Assembly (NCBI RefSeq): GCF_026210795.1
Contig: NC_089435.1
Coordinates: 1,736,001 to 1,800,000, forward strand
From: Rhizophagus irregularis
Lineage: Eukaryota
Length of the DNA: 64,000 bases
Direction of reading: 5' to 3'
Each line of letters starts with the position of its first letter. The stretch's first letter is position 1. Below, in pieces: positions 31,249-42,284 of this stretch. The notes beneath the pieces are model-generated. The model was given only the letters and a program-made list of their open reading frames with translations. It ran no database searches and was not told the DNA's origin. The position numbers were made by a program, and so were the translations under genes.

Positions 31249-32726
31249 CTGCCCCCATATTTCATGGTCGGGAAGATGAAGATCTTAATCTTTTTATTGA
31301 TAACTTTTTAGGGTATATTAATACCGTTGGTATTGATCCATTGGACGATGCCGGTGCGCCTCCTGGTCGGGTGCGAGCGATGGGGGTTCTTCGTAGCTGT
31401 ATGAGAGATGAAGCGGCGAGGTGGTTTGATGCAGAACTTACTGGAAAAAATTGGGAACTCTCGAATATTCGGTTAGTGGCTGCTGCAAATGGTGGAGCCG
31501 GTGCTACTCGCCGAGCGTTCAGAGCTTTAGCTGTTCCTGAGGTTGCTAATGGATTACATGTTGGTACTTACTTACCCGGGTCTGATGCTGATGTATATTC
31601 AAGGGTTGCAGGTAATGCGGCGGTAACCGTTGGAGATGCATTTTTCCCATCACGCGCTGATATCGTTAGAACGAATTTTAAAGTTGAAGAGCAGTGGAGG
31701 CGTGCGGGCGGACGTCCTACTCATCAACCCGTTAATGGGTTGGGAAATCATGGAGGTCCATTTAATGCTGCTGTCCAGAATCAACCAATAGTCTTACAGG
31801 GGATTCTCCTGGATCAAGCATTTATGCATATGCGTACAAATTTTCCAACCGTCGTGGAAGAAAGACTTCAGATACGATTTAGTAATCTTTACCAGGAACA
31901 AGGTGAACCTGTTCGATCTTACTATAAGCGAGTTGAGAGGGCTGGGGATATTGTAGGATATAATCGAATTATGGTTACTGACCAGTTCTATAGAGGACTT
32001 TTGCCGGAAAACGTTATTGAAGCTTCCAGAATCGGGGCGGCACCTCTTAATACATTAATCGATAGATTGAGTGATCTTGAGCGACGAAAGGGCGAAATGT
32101 TCTATGGATTACAAAGGCGTCAGGGTATTGAAAAGGCTAAAAAAGAGGAATTGGCTGGCTATACTCATCCCGTGACTCCACACGAAGGTGCTGTAATACA
32201 AAGGTCGACAGACGTTATTACTCAAGAACGATTACAAGAATTGCTCAAGGCACAAGCCGAGGAACTTACCAAGAATTTCCAGGCACAATTTAAACAATTA
32301 CAAGCATCTAAGCCAGTTCGTAAACCACCGGTCTATAGACAACAGATTAAACCTGTTCGACCAAAACCACAGAGACGTGTCATTCAGGATCCTCAGGATC
32401 CTGATTGGGATGATGGTTATGTAGATCATAATTTTGGTGATGACCCTGGTGACCCTGATGCTCCTGAGTGGACTAGTGAGGATGATCAACATGTTATTGA
32501 TCTTATTATGGGATATGAGACGTCTAAAAGATTTCCAAAGAGACTTCAGAAGGCTAAAGATAGACGCGATGATCTGGAATTAGCCCGAGCAATGAGAAAC
32601 CTCGATCTTAATGATGATGCTATGGATATTGATACTAATACCACGAGTTTTGATGACTTGAAAATTGTTCCCGATGAGGAAGGTGGTTTTCGGATTTGTG
32701 TGGTTCGAAGTACAAAAAAAAAGTAA
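31230..32726 (+). CDS. Retrotransposon-type Gag (capsid-like) protein of element B
   Basis: PIFHGREDEDLNLFIDNF, AARWF, major-homology-region-like LYQEQGEPVRSYYKRV, QFYRGL. Confidence 0.85.
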   Translation: MAAVGIAAPIFHGREDEDLNLFIDNFLGYINTVGIDPLDDAGAPPGRVRAMGVLRSCMRDEAARWFDAELTGKNWELSNIRLVAAANGGAGATRRAFRALAVPEVANGLHVGTYLPGSDADVYSRVAGNAAVTVGDAFFPSRADIVRTNFKVEEQWRRAGGRPTHQPVNGLGNHGGPFNAAVQNQPIVLQGILLDQAFMHMRTNFPTVVEERLQIRFSNLYQEQGEPVRSYYKRVERAGDIVGYNRIMVTDQFYRGLLPENVIEASRIGAAPLNTLIDRLSDLERRKGEMFYGLQRRQGIEKAKKEELAGYTHPVTPHEGAVIQRSTDVITQERLQELLKAQAEELTKNFQAQFKQLQASKPVRKPPVYRQQIKPVRPKPQRRVIQDPQDPDWDDGYVDHNFGDDPGDPDAPEWTSEDDQHVIDLIMGYETSKRFPKRLQKAKDRRDDLELARAMRNLDLNDDAMDIDTNTTSFDDLKIVPDEEGGFRICVVRSTKKK

Positions 32727-33445
32727 ACTCGGATAAGGGTGTAAGTATCTCGAAACTTCTTAAATCTGTTCCAAAAAAATCAGTTAAAATGACTCCTATT
32801 AAGATTCCTGTGAAGGTTACTAGTAGTAAGCCCACACTTATAAAAGCCGTCACCAAAAATGATTCATTAAGTTTATTAAGGTCTGCAGATTTTAGGAAAT
32901 TACTCCGCGAGATTCTTCGGGAAGAATTAAAGTCTGCTCGTAAAAGTACGGAGATTCCGGAAGACCTAGTTGAGGAAAAACAAGAAGAGGATATCAGGGA
33001 AGATGACCCGATGGATATTGACATAGCTCGTTTGGAGAATACTAAAGATCTTTTAGCGCTGGATGGGGAGGTCAATGGGATAGCAATTCAGTGTTTAGCA
33101 GACACTTGTGCTAACGCGTCTTTTATTCAGAGGGAAGCCGCTGAAGAATTAGGGTTGGATATCGACAAGAGTATTACACATAACATATCCGGCGCTCCGG
33201 GTTCTGGTAGGACATTCGGCATGGTAAAAGGTGTGTCAATCAAACTAACCCCTGATTGTGTAATCACTGAGAATCTCGCGGTTTTAAGCGATTACAAGCA
33301 TAGGGAGATTGGATTGAGCCGGACGTGTCTGAAACGTTACAATTATGATGTCCATGAATCACGTGAACATATCGCCCTTACTTGTAATGAGAAGAATGTT
33401 TTTATCCCGATAGTTTCTGATGTGAATCGAGGAGACAAAAAATAG
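32696..33445 (+). CDS. Retropepsin-like aspartic protease, probably made by -1 frameshift from gag
   Basis: CLADTCANASFI..AEELGL, ISGAPG flap, IGLSR; in the -1 frame behind A AAA AAG TAA (32717-32726). Confidence 0.82.
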   Translation: MCGSKYKKKVNSDKGVSISKLLKSVPKKSVKMTPIKIPVKVTSSKPTLIKAVTKNDSLSLLRSADFRKLLREILREELKSARKSTEIPEDLVEEKQEEDIREDDPMDIDIARLENTKDLLALDGEVNGIAIQCLADTCANASFIQREAAEELGLDIDKSITHNISGAPGSGRTFGMVKGVSIKLTPDCVITENLAVLSDYKHREIGLSRTCLKRYNYDVHESREHIALTCNEKNVFIPIVSDVNRGDKK

Positions 33446-33459
33446 GGAATATTTATTTT

Positions 33460-34551
33460 TTATTCCCAAAACTTGCGGATTAAGGCAGGGACATCCTCCT
33501 CCAACCGGTCAGTGGGTTCCCAAGTGGCTTCGGTATCTGGGTATCGTTCCCACTTGACTAGATACTGGTCTTGACCCTTCCTGATGCGATGCCGGAGTAT
33601 CCGCTCAGGTACAAATCTTTCGGGTTGCCCTCTTATCATGGAGTCAGGTGGGGGATGTTCATTTTCTGGAACAATCTGCAACTCTTTTCGGGTGTACGCA
33701 CATCTGGATACACCTAGACGCCCGTGTGGTCCATCAAGAAGATACGTAGGAGGCTGTTCGGGTGAGAGGATCATTTTTTTGATGACACGGATATTGGGAT
33801 TCCATCTTATGTCACCTGTACGAAATTTTCCATGGAGTTTATTCCCGAGTACTGAAATAGGTTCGTCTAACTTGACTCGGACATGTGTTCCTTCAGAGAG
33901 AAGTTCCGTCTTTTTTGACACTTTGGGTGACCCTGTCGGAATGTCTGGGGGATTTCTCTGCCAGATTTCATCTATTTTATTAACTACATCACGGAAATCT
34001 TCTGACCATTCCACGGATGTCACCCCGGTCTTCAACTCCTGTGCCACCATTCGTTTTAGGAGAGGCTCCTGGATCGCTTGGATAGCTCGTTCAGCGTATG
34101 ATTGCTGTTTGTGTCTTCCTGGCTCTCCAAACCTCATCATCACCCCTAGGCTGTTCAGGAAAAAATCACGTACCTGATCATTGGTGAATTCTGATCCGGA
34201 GTCTGTCTCCATTCGATGTGTTGGTGGTTTAATGCGATTTCTTCTGTAGATTTTAACAAATCCATTGAGAACCCTATTTGCAGTCTTATCCTTTAGGAGT
34301 TCTGCATCAACTCGTTTACCCGCGACTTCCACCACTATGAGAAAATAGTGGAATCCTTTGGGGTCGACTGGCATCTCTGCGAGATCTGCCTGATGCGTCG
34401 CATTTGGTTTCCATACAACTACTCGTGGACGCTCTGATGACTTTTCCTTTAGGGGCTTTTTGTATAGGTTGTAGTGCTCCTCACCTTTTAGAATTCGTGC
34501 TGGTACTCTGGAGAGATTGTAGTATTTGTAGTAATTCTCTAAATGCGACAT
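33460..34551 (-). CDS. Polinton-type c-integrase with C-terminal chromodomain
   Basis: HQADLAEM, TDSGSEF, AERA; chromodomain PERILRHR..YLVKWERY...TWEP. Confidence 0.93.
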   Translation of the reverse strand: MSHLENYYKYYNLSRVPARILKGEEHYNLYKKPLKEKSSERPRVVVWKPNATHQADLAEMPVDPKGFHYFLIVVEVAGKRVDAELLKDKTANRVLNGFVKIYRRNRIKPPTHRMETDSGSEFTNDQVRDFFLNSLGVMMRFGEPGRHKQQSYAERAIQAIQEPLLKRMVAQELKTGVTSVEWSEDFRDVVNKIDEIWQRNPPDIPTGSPKVSKKTELLSEGTHVRVKLDEPISVLGNKLHGKFRTGDIRWNPNIRVIKKMILSPEQPPTYLLDGPHGRLGVSRCAYTRKELQIVPENEHPPPDSMIRGQPERFVPERILRHRIRKGQDQYLVKWERYPDTEATWEPTDRLEEDVPALIRKFWE

Positions 34552-34595
34552 ATTACGACAAATTAAAGGAAAGATTTCGGACTTCAAATCTTAAA

Positions 34596-34916
34596 ATGAC
34601 ACGATTTTACTGCCTAAAGTGTAAGAAGGAAACCGAGACTGCTAGTGAAATACAAGATATGACCACAAATGGCCGCTATCGTTTACATGGTGATTGCACA
34701 GTTTGTGGTATGCATAAGAATACTTTTACTGGGATAGACTGGGTTATCAAAAAGAAAACCAAGGAGAAGAAAAAAGAAACTGCGGCTAAAAGACATCAGA
34801 CGGCGTACAATCGGCAATGCAAAAAACTCGGGCAGAAAATCTTAGAGGCTGATGACGCGTGTAAACAGTGTATTGATAAATGCCTTAAGGAGGCAAAAAA
34901 GAGGAAGACGGATTAG
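34596..34916 (+). CDS. Small Zn-ribbon basic protein (DUF5679-like)
   Basis: YCLKCKKET...TTNGR....GDCTVCGMHKNTF; AAAATG start. Confidence 0.75.
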   Translation: MTRFYCLKCKKETETASEIQDMTTNGRYRLHGDCTVCGMHKNTFTGIDWVIKKKTKEKKKETAAKRHQTAYNRQCKKLGQKILEADDACKQCIDKCLKEAKKRKTD

Positions 34917-34925
34917 TACCGCCTT

Positions 34926-35441
34926 CTAAAAGTATTCCTCATCATCTGAGTCATCGAGAGATACCTCTCCATCATCTGATTCATCATCCGAGTCGTCAGG
35001 AGTGCGACCTTCCTTAAGCAATTGGATGTTGTACGTTATTTGAGTCCATTTCTCCCAGTCGGACTCTTGCGTTATAAAGCCGCATCTGAGGAGTGCTCTT
35101 TCTATTACTACCATCCCTGCAAACCTGGTGTATTTTTTCTGATCGGCTTCATTGAAATTGTCAATAGCTTCTTTGTAGTAGTCTACTGCTTGTTTGTATA
35201 CCTCTTCGGCTTCTTTATGCCGCTTCCACAACTCGGCTTTACAACAGTTATACCAGAGTCTGTTAATCTTGAGATGTTTTCCGAATTCTTTAACCGGAAG
35301 GTTTCTGACCATCTCTGCTACTATGTCCGGGTCATTGAGGGGTGATGCCTGAATTTGGATCCATTTACGGATTCCATAGATGTCTACAAGATCAAGCCCG
35401 AGGTCTTCGGCAAGAGAAGTGGCGGCGTGTAAGTTTATCAT
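34926..35441 (-). CDS. Putative divergent F-box protein with acidic tail
   Basis: LNDPDIVAEMVRNLPVKE....KINRLW; starts just inside the right TIR boundary. Confidence 0.65.
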   Translation of the reverse strand: MINLHAATSLAEDLGLDLVDIYGIRKWIQIQASPLNDPDIVAEMVRNLPVKEFGKHLKINRLWYNCCKAELWKRHKEAEEVYKQAVDYYKEAIDNFNEADQKKYTRFAGMVVIERALLRCGFITQESDWEKWTQITYNIQLLKEGRTPDDSDDESDDGEVSLDDSDDEEYF

Positions 35442-35451
35442 TGTATGTTAC

Positions 35452-35933
35452 TTATAGTTACCTAATCTTCAATTGCCGAATATATTTTTTCCAAAGATCC
35501 GCGCTCCTACCCGGTTATATCTCTATGGCTCTACAGGCCTTCTAGGGACTTACCTGCTAATAACTTACCTGGTTTGCTATCTCATTGCTTCCAATAGGAA
35601 AATGAATGGAATCCTGTACGTGTGGAAGATGTGGAAGATGTGGAGGATCTGGGGGGTAAAATCAAAACTTTTTTCTGGGGGGATCCCTCTCCCGATTTTT
35701 TTAAAACGTCCTCCACATCCTCCACATCCTCCACACTTCTCCGATTCCCTCTTATTTTCCTCTCTTTTCCCTTATTTTATCCTTTTTTGTTATATATTTT
35801 TGTGGAGGATCTATGTGGAGAATTGTGGAGGATCTATGGGGGTTCCCTGCCCCACGGAGGGGGGATGTAGGTACTGCGAGGCCCTGGCCGAGGTGGGGTG
35901 AGCGCTAGCGAGGCACACTACCAGCCCGACGAC
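35452..35933 (-). repeat. Right TIR of element B
   Basis: Reverse complement of 21007-21488; ends ...GCCCGACGAC, followed by ATAGG. Confidence 0.97.
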
Positions 35934-35938
35934 ATAGG

Positions 35939-36415
35939 GCAAAAGCTTATGAGTTGACTCATAAAGATCAACATGCCGTCAATGCTTATCTAAATAAATT
36001 TGCGCCGTCTGGCACCGGCAATCAATCAGATGACCTTCTTAAGGCAATCAACGAGTTGACTAAACAAGTTCAAAACCTAAGTACTGGAAATCGTGGTAAT
36101 AGAGGTTATAATAATAGTAGTGATTTTAGAAATACGAGTCAATCAACGACATATACACCAAACCGTCAAAACCAAATCGTGTGTTATTCATGTGGTCAAT
36201 CCGGACATATTGTTAGATATTGTCTGAATGGTAATAATAATGATATCCCTAATAATCGACCACCACCACCTATTAATAATAATGGTAATACTAGTAATAA
36301 CAATACGACCGTCCCTCAACCAGCTAATGATAGTGGACAACAACTGGCACAAATTCAGCAGATGTTAGCCCAATTATTACCTCAAGATAATACTAGCGAC
36401 CAATCTTTAAACTAA
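35939..36415 (+). pseudogene. gag: Gypsy 2 gag, 3' part
   Basis: In frame with the 5' part once element B is removed; CYSCGQSGHIVRYC knuckle; ends at T TTA AAC TAA. Confidence 0.9.
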
Positions 36416-39400
36416 ATGGCGTACCTTCGGAGGGTAAGCGTACATGCCAAAAGACAATCCCCTCAAACCTTACATTATTGGAAACGTATTCCGCTACTAG
36501 GACAACCTGTAGCATGTCGAGATTAAACCCGTTAGAAGGAACATTAAAGGAGAATCCTACTGAAGAGGAAAATGTATTACGGGCTACGCAGCAAGTGAAT
36601 AAAAGTAAACGACCGATAAAGATATCGGATGTAAGACAAACCGAAGCTAAAAGGATAGTACAAAAAGGAACCAAAAAGAAATTGGTTACTGTAGCCCCAA
36701 TTAACAAAATGGTTGAGCCGTATACTCCTCAACAATTTTTTGACCAAAAGGCTGATATCACCAATGGTCAATTGTTGGCTATGAACCCGAAATTTGGATT
36801 GACAATTGCCAAACAATTACGAAAACCTGTAGTTAGAAAAAGGGACGATGACCAGGACAAGAAAACAATTAAGATGGTAATCGACGAAGTGACCCAAGAA
36901 AATGGAAATACGCCTGAAGTCAATGATTTACTACAAGTAAATCTTTCAAAACCAAACGATGATAAAACTTCAGCGTTATATTGTGAAGCCTTGATAAATC
37001 ATATCAAGTTTCCACTAATAGTCGATTCAGGGTCAGCTGGAAGTATTATATTCTTATCGTTATTAAAGGATTTAGAAATGGAAATAACCTAAGCGTCAAA
37101 AACTGTTATGGTCAACGTAAACGGTAAAAGACAAAGGCCGTTAGGGGCAGTAACCAATCTGCTACTAAAAATACATGGTTGTATTATCCTTATAGACGCC
37201 ATCGTTACAGACGCTAACTCATATTCCGCAATTGTTGGTAACGACTAGTTACGAAAGACTAAGGCTATCTTAAATTATGATAGCAATATAATGGTCATTA
37301 AGTGGCAAGACGAAACGTTTGAAGTCGCCACTGAGTGTAGGGAGATGCCTCAACACATTGTAAGTATTGAAGTGCCTGACTTGGAGGTAGATGAAAATGA
37401 AGAGGAAGCCGCTAACGAATCTGAAGAAGAAGAGTACGAAAGCGATGACGAAGAAACGCAAGATCAATTATTTTGCAATGCTCAATTTATAACTAAAGAA
37501 CAAGCGCAAGAAATCGAAGATGATTTAAAAGACAATAAACTTGTCAAAAATGAGTTTTATTATCAATATGAAGAAATAGAGAAGGGCAATTTTCATACAG
37601 GAAAACTGAGTAAAGAACAACATCAGAAATTCCGAAAGTTTATGGAGCGACATCAGAATTTGTTTGCCTGGAATCCTAATGATTTCGGACAAACATCGGT
37701 AATCACCCATAGTATCGATACCGGAACTGCCACTCCAGTTAAACAAAGGTTTTACCAAACTTCATATCAAAACTAATTGTTTATAAAGGATGAAATACAA
37801 TGACTTTTAGAAGCGGGACTAATTATACCATCAAAAAGCCAGTGGACTTCACCAGTAGTAGTTGTAAAGAAGAGAAATGGTAAAAAACGCCTTTGTGTAG
37901 ATTACCGAAAGCTGAACAAAATTACGAAAAGAGACAATTACCTGTTGCCAAGAGTAGATGATATGCTGGAAACCTTGTCAGAATCTCAATGGTTTTCATT
38001 CTTGGACCTTGCCAGCAGTTTTTGGCAAGTTGAATTGGACTCAAAAGACAGAGAAAAATCGACCTTTATCACCAGGTTCAGAACATATGAATTTACGGTG
38101 ATGCCCTTCGGTCTTTGTAACGCTCCTGCCACTTTTCAGCGTTTAATGGACACAGTATTGCGGGATATACTATGGCAATTCATCATAGTATACATAGACG
38201 ATATCAATATAGGTTCCAAAACATTCGATGAACATCTTCATCATTTGGAACAGGTTTTTTATCGATTGGAACAGGCTGGTCTCAAATTAAGCCTGGAAAA
38301 ATGTTTCTTCTTTAAAGAAGAAATCCCATTCTTAGAACATATTGTAAGCCGGAATGGCATACAAACCGATCCAGAAAAATTGCAAACTATCAAGGAGTTT
38401 CCTATACCACAGGACTTAACGCAACTAAGGGGATTCATCGCCCTAGCATCTTATTACCGAAAATTCGTAAAGAATTTTTCGTTTATCGTTGAACTGTTAA
38501 ACCGTTTATTAAAAAAAATGTCCCGTATGTTTGGGGTGAAGAACAACACGATACTTTTGAACGATTAAAGTGTTGTTTAATGACGCCACCAATATTGGCG
38601 TATCCTAATTTTACCAAACCTTTTATTCTTTATACGGACGCTTCCACTTTCACCCTTGGAGCTATACTATCGCAAAAGGACGAAGAAAGGAAGGAACGAG
38701 TAATTGCTTATGCGAGCAGGACTCTCAATAAGCATGAGTGAAATTATGGCGTTACTGAATTAGAGTGTCTTGCCGTCGTATGGGTAGTAAGACACTTTCA
38801 CCATTACCTTCACGGTCAAAAATTTCTTGTTATAACTGATCATGCAGCGTTGAGGTATTTGATGAATATGACTAACCCGATCGGCAAATTCGGCAGATGG
38901 ATAATGACTTTAAACGGATATGAATTGGAAATTATAAATCGCCCAGAAAAATTACACTCCAACGTAGATTCATTAAGCCGAATAAGAGTTAATAAAACTG
39001 ATATATTATATTTTTCTTTACACACACTGGATTAACATTTTTGACACCTCTTTAACGGATTTCCCATCTTTAGATTAACAGAATGGATTTAACAACGTAT
39101 TACTTACTCATCTGATATTTGACAGATTTTTCAATGCTGACTAATATCTCAAAAGAGCAGCAGGCTGCTATAAAAAAAAAGTCTCGATATTTTATAATTT
39201 TAAATAATCAGTTATACAAAAAGAATAAAGACAACCCTAACAGGCCAATTAGAGTAGCTAAAGAAAGTGAAATAGAGGAAATTTTATATCATACACATTC
39301 GGATCCTTTAGCTGGACACTTCTCGATTGACGAAACCTATTGAAGGGTAAAAATCTGCTATTACTGGCCGCAAATGTTTAAGGATGTTCGTAGATATGTA

Positions 39401-40790
39401 CGAACATGTGACGAGTGCCAACGTAGAGGTAAAAATCGACGCATTGAACTTCTACATCCAATCAAGGTCAGACAACCTTTTGACAGAATAGGTATGGACA
39501 TTGGCACGTCTGAAATGTGTGCCAGGTTGACGGCGCAGTGTGGCACAGTAATTTTAAAAAGATTTAAGTTAAAGATTTTCATTTTAATGTAAAGCTTTCA
39601 AATTTACACATTAGATGTATTTTCATCTGTTTTACAAAATTCACTTATAAATGGAAGGAGGTTTTGGAAGTAGATTTTGACTTTAGTATATAACAACCAA
39701 TTTTATCGTCTTTGCCGATCATTTCCAAAATTGGATTTGTCGAAAGAACAGTTTTTGTTAAATAACTCGAAAATGGCCTTCTAAACCACCTGTATATGCT
39801 TTAAGTAAATTTGCAGAGTGAACAAAAATACTCCTAATGCAGGAATTTAAAGGTTTTATTTTAAATAAAAAAAATTGCAATTTAATTTTTTTGGAAAAAA
39901 TCGCTGCACCACATTGCGCCATCAACCTGGCACACATTTCAGACATACTGGACATTGTTAGACCGCTCCCTGAAATGAAAGATGGCAACAAGTATATAGT
40001 GGTTGCCACTGAATATCTAACAAAATGGCCTGAAGCAAAAGCCATCCCTGATGCAAAGGCATCTTCAGTAGTCACATTTTTCTATAATGATATTATATGC
40101 CGTTATGGCTGTCCCAAGGAAATATTAACAGACCGTGGAAGCCATTTTGTGAACGAAATGCTGAATTCCCTATGTGATAATCTCGGTACTAAACATAGAT
40201 TATCAACGGCATACCACCCTCAGACTAATGGATTGGTGGAGTGTTTTAACCGAACGCTGTGTGAAGCATTGGCTAAATATGCCAATGAAAACAAGGATAA
40301 TTAGGACGCATATATACCATCTGTCCTGTTTGCTTATAGAACCAAATGGCATAATACTACACGTCATGAGCCTTTTTATCTCATGTATGGTCGGGATGCA
40401 GTATTGCCAATAGAATTTGTGATAGAAACTTCTCAAGTTAATTATCCTGAAGATAACTGGCAAGATGATCTTACTAAGCGCATACATACATTAACTGGTA
40501 AAGTAATAGGTGATAGACTTGAGACACAGGATATGATATACAAATCGCAGCAAAAGCAGAAACAACGTCATGATGCTGATCTTAAGGAAATTATCTTCAA
40601 GATAGGTGACCTTGTTCTATTATACCAAAGTCAATTCTGAGGAAAACAGAAGCTACAAGAACGTTGGAAAGGACCATATTATGTTCATGAAATTATAGGA
40701 GATAGGGCATACAAACTTAGGACTATGGAAGGAAAAATTTTAAAGGTCCCAGTGAATGCTGATCGCCTGAAATATTATCACCAATGGTGA
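36406..40790 (+). pseudogene. pol: Gypsy 2 pol (protease, RT, RNase H, integrase) with many stops and frameshifts
   Basis: IVDSGS; MPFGLCNAPATFQ; YIDD; TDAS/TDH; H..GH..CDEC; GMDIV; TDRG; GPY. Confidence 0.93.
39503..39949. mobile_element. MITE inserted in Gypsy 2 integrase
   Basis: TIRs of >=55 bp (GGCACGTCTGAAATGTGTGCCAGGTTGA...); duplicated target GGACATT (39496-39502, 39950-39956). Confidence 0.92.
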
Positions 40791-40980
40791 TGACTTAATT
40801 AGTTTATATTGCATGAATGACATAATCATAAAATGAAATGCATATACATGCATAAATTAGGTTGTTTATTAAAAAAAAAAAAAAAAATATATTTTTTTTA
40901 TATATATATATATGTGTGAATTTTTTTTATTTTTATAGGTTATATTATTGTTTATTTAAGTTTATTATCGATATTTATCT

Positions 40981-41418
40981 ATGGCAAATACAGTGAATGC
41001 ACACCAAAAGATTCTTGAAGACCTTTATCAAATCTTCCCAATTGAAGTTGCGCCAATAATGCCACCTTATAATGAAGAAGCAACTATGGATAGTAAATTC
41101 GAAACATTAAAGGAGGCTATTAGACGCTTGAAAAGACTGGGTGACCGACGATTGCATTTGGTAAATGCATTCTTTTTAGGACAATTCTTGGAAAAGAAAG
41201 TAAAAACTAATGCTTTACGAAGTCATTACACGCAACAACTGACGCCACATTATCGTATCACATCTCAACAGGTGTATTATTTATTCGAAGCCTTCGGTGT
41301 AAGTCAAGTTATGAGGACTGTTAATACCACATTAACCTTGGTCAGAAAATTAAACCAAGAAGAATATCAAGATCTGGTCATGAGGTCTATGGAGATTTTC
41401 AACGGGGTTGAAAATTAG
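40981..41418 (+). CDS. Extra 3' ORF of Gypsy 2 (unknown function)
   Basis: Intact 145-aa ORF between the integrase and the PPT. Confidence 0.7.
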   Translation: MANTVNAHQKILEDLYQIFPIEVAPIMPPYNEEATMDSKFETLKEAIRRLKRLGDRRLHLVNAFFLGQFLEKKVKTNALRSHYTQQLTPHYRITSQQVYYLFEAFGVSQVMRTVNTTLTLVRKLNQEEYQDLVMRSMEIFNGVEN

Positions 41419-41429
41419 GAGGAGAGTGA

Positions 41430-42061
41430 TGTTACGATGAAAAACAATGCGACGAAGTCACGTGATATAACCGATGATCAATGGTAATTACCGGGACGAT
41501 TGGTATTACCAATGTGTGATTGTATGATCAATGTCATATAGCGGGAAGATTAATGTTCAAAATGTTTAATATATCAAATATATTAAATATATTGCATATA
41601 TTGCACATATGGTATATATGGCATATATTAAACATTTTAAACATTTTTAGTTTAGTGTTTTTGCTTATAAATAGACGCGATGTTTTTCGATGTAATTAGA
41701 TAGGTATCCAAGTCAATAAGATATTTACTGATATTAAATAAAAACATATTTTATTATTTATAATATCTTTGGTTATCTCATTGTTTATTTTATAGTTTGT
41801 TATAATTGTGAGTCAATATTGCGTCTGAGTGTATATGCCTGTGTGTGCAATACCGTATTCGCATTTGACTGAAATTTTATTTTGTTTTATTGTGTAACCT
41901 TCGTAAATCGATCGACAGTGATACATTTACTAATATTTACATATAGTTATTTTCACTTTGCGTTCATTAATATTATTTAACATTTATTTTATTCAATTAT
42001 CCTTCTGCTTAGCATACACCCATACGCTTATTTTTATAAGCATACAAGAACTGGCTTAACA
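41430..42061 (+). repeat. 3' LTR of Gypsy 2 (632 bp)
   Basis: Follows PPT AGGAGGAGAG; 12 bp longer than the 5' LTR. Confidence 0.96.
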
Positions 42062-42284
42062 GTATTAACTAAATAATTTAGTTTCGCCCTAATGTTGCTT
42101 TAAATTCTTTCGAAATAAAAACTGTTATTGTAAACTTTTGTACGTAATAATGTTTTAATCAAATATTTTAAGAAAAAGAAATTTGTCAAGTTCATTTTAA
42201 CACTTATAATATTTGCATCGATCTTCATTAAAATTTAATATAAAGCATATATAGCGGAAGATACAAATTACAAAGCGTAGTGGA

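Larger units (their letters stand above)
21007..35933. mobile_element. Complete Polinton/Maverick-like element B (14,927 bp) encoding Gag-protease
   Basis: 482-bp TIRs; TSD ATAGG; removing the element restores the gag frame (..AVDR|AKAYELTH..). Encodes helicase, pPolB, ATPase, Gag, protease and chromodomain integrase. Confidence 0.96.
19161..42061 (+). mobile_element. Ty3/Gypsy LTR retrotransposon 2 (degenerate; contains element B and a MITE)
   Basis: LTRs 19161-19780 and 41430-42061 (TGTTA...TAACA); 4-bp TSD GTAT (19157-19160, 42062-42065); PBS and PPT present. Confidence 0.96.

Noticed and set aside
30535..34551. gag-pro-integrase block read as a nested LTR retrotransposon that lost its RT
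   Set aside because: The integrase is on the opposite strand and Polinton-type; no LTR, PBS, PPT or TSD; genes are tightly packed with their neighbours.
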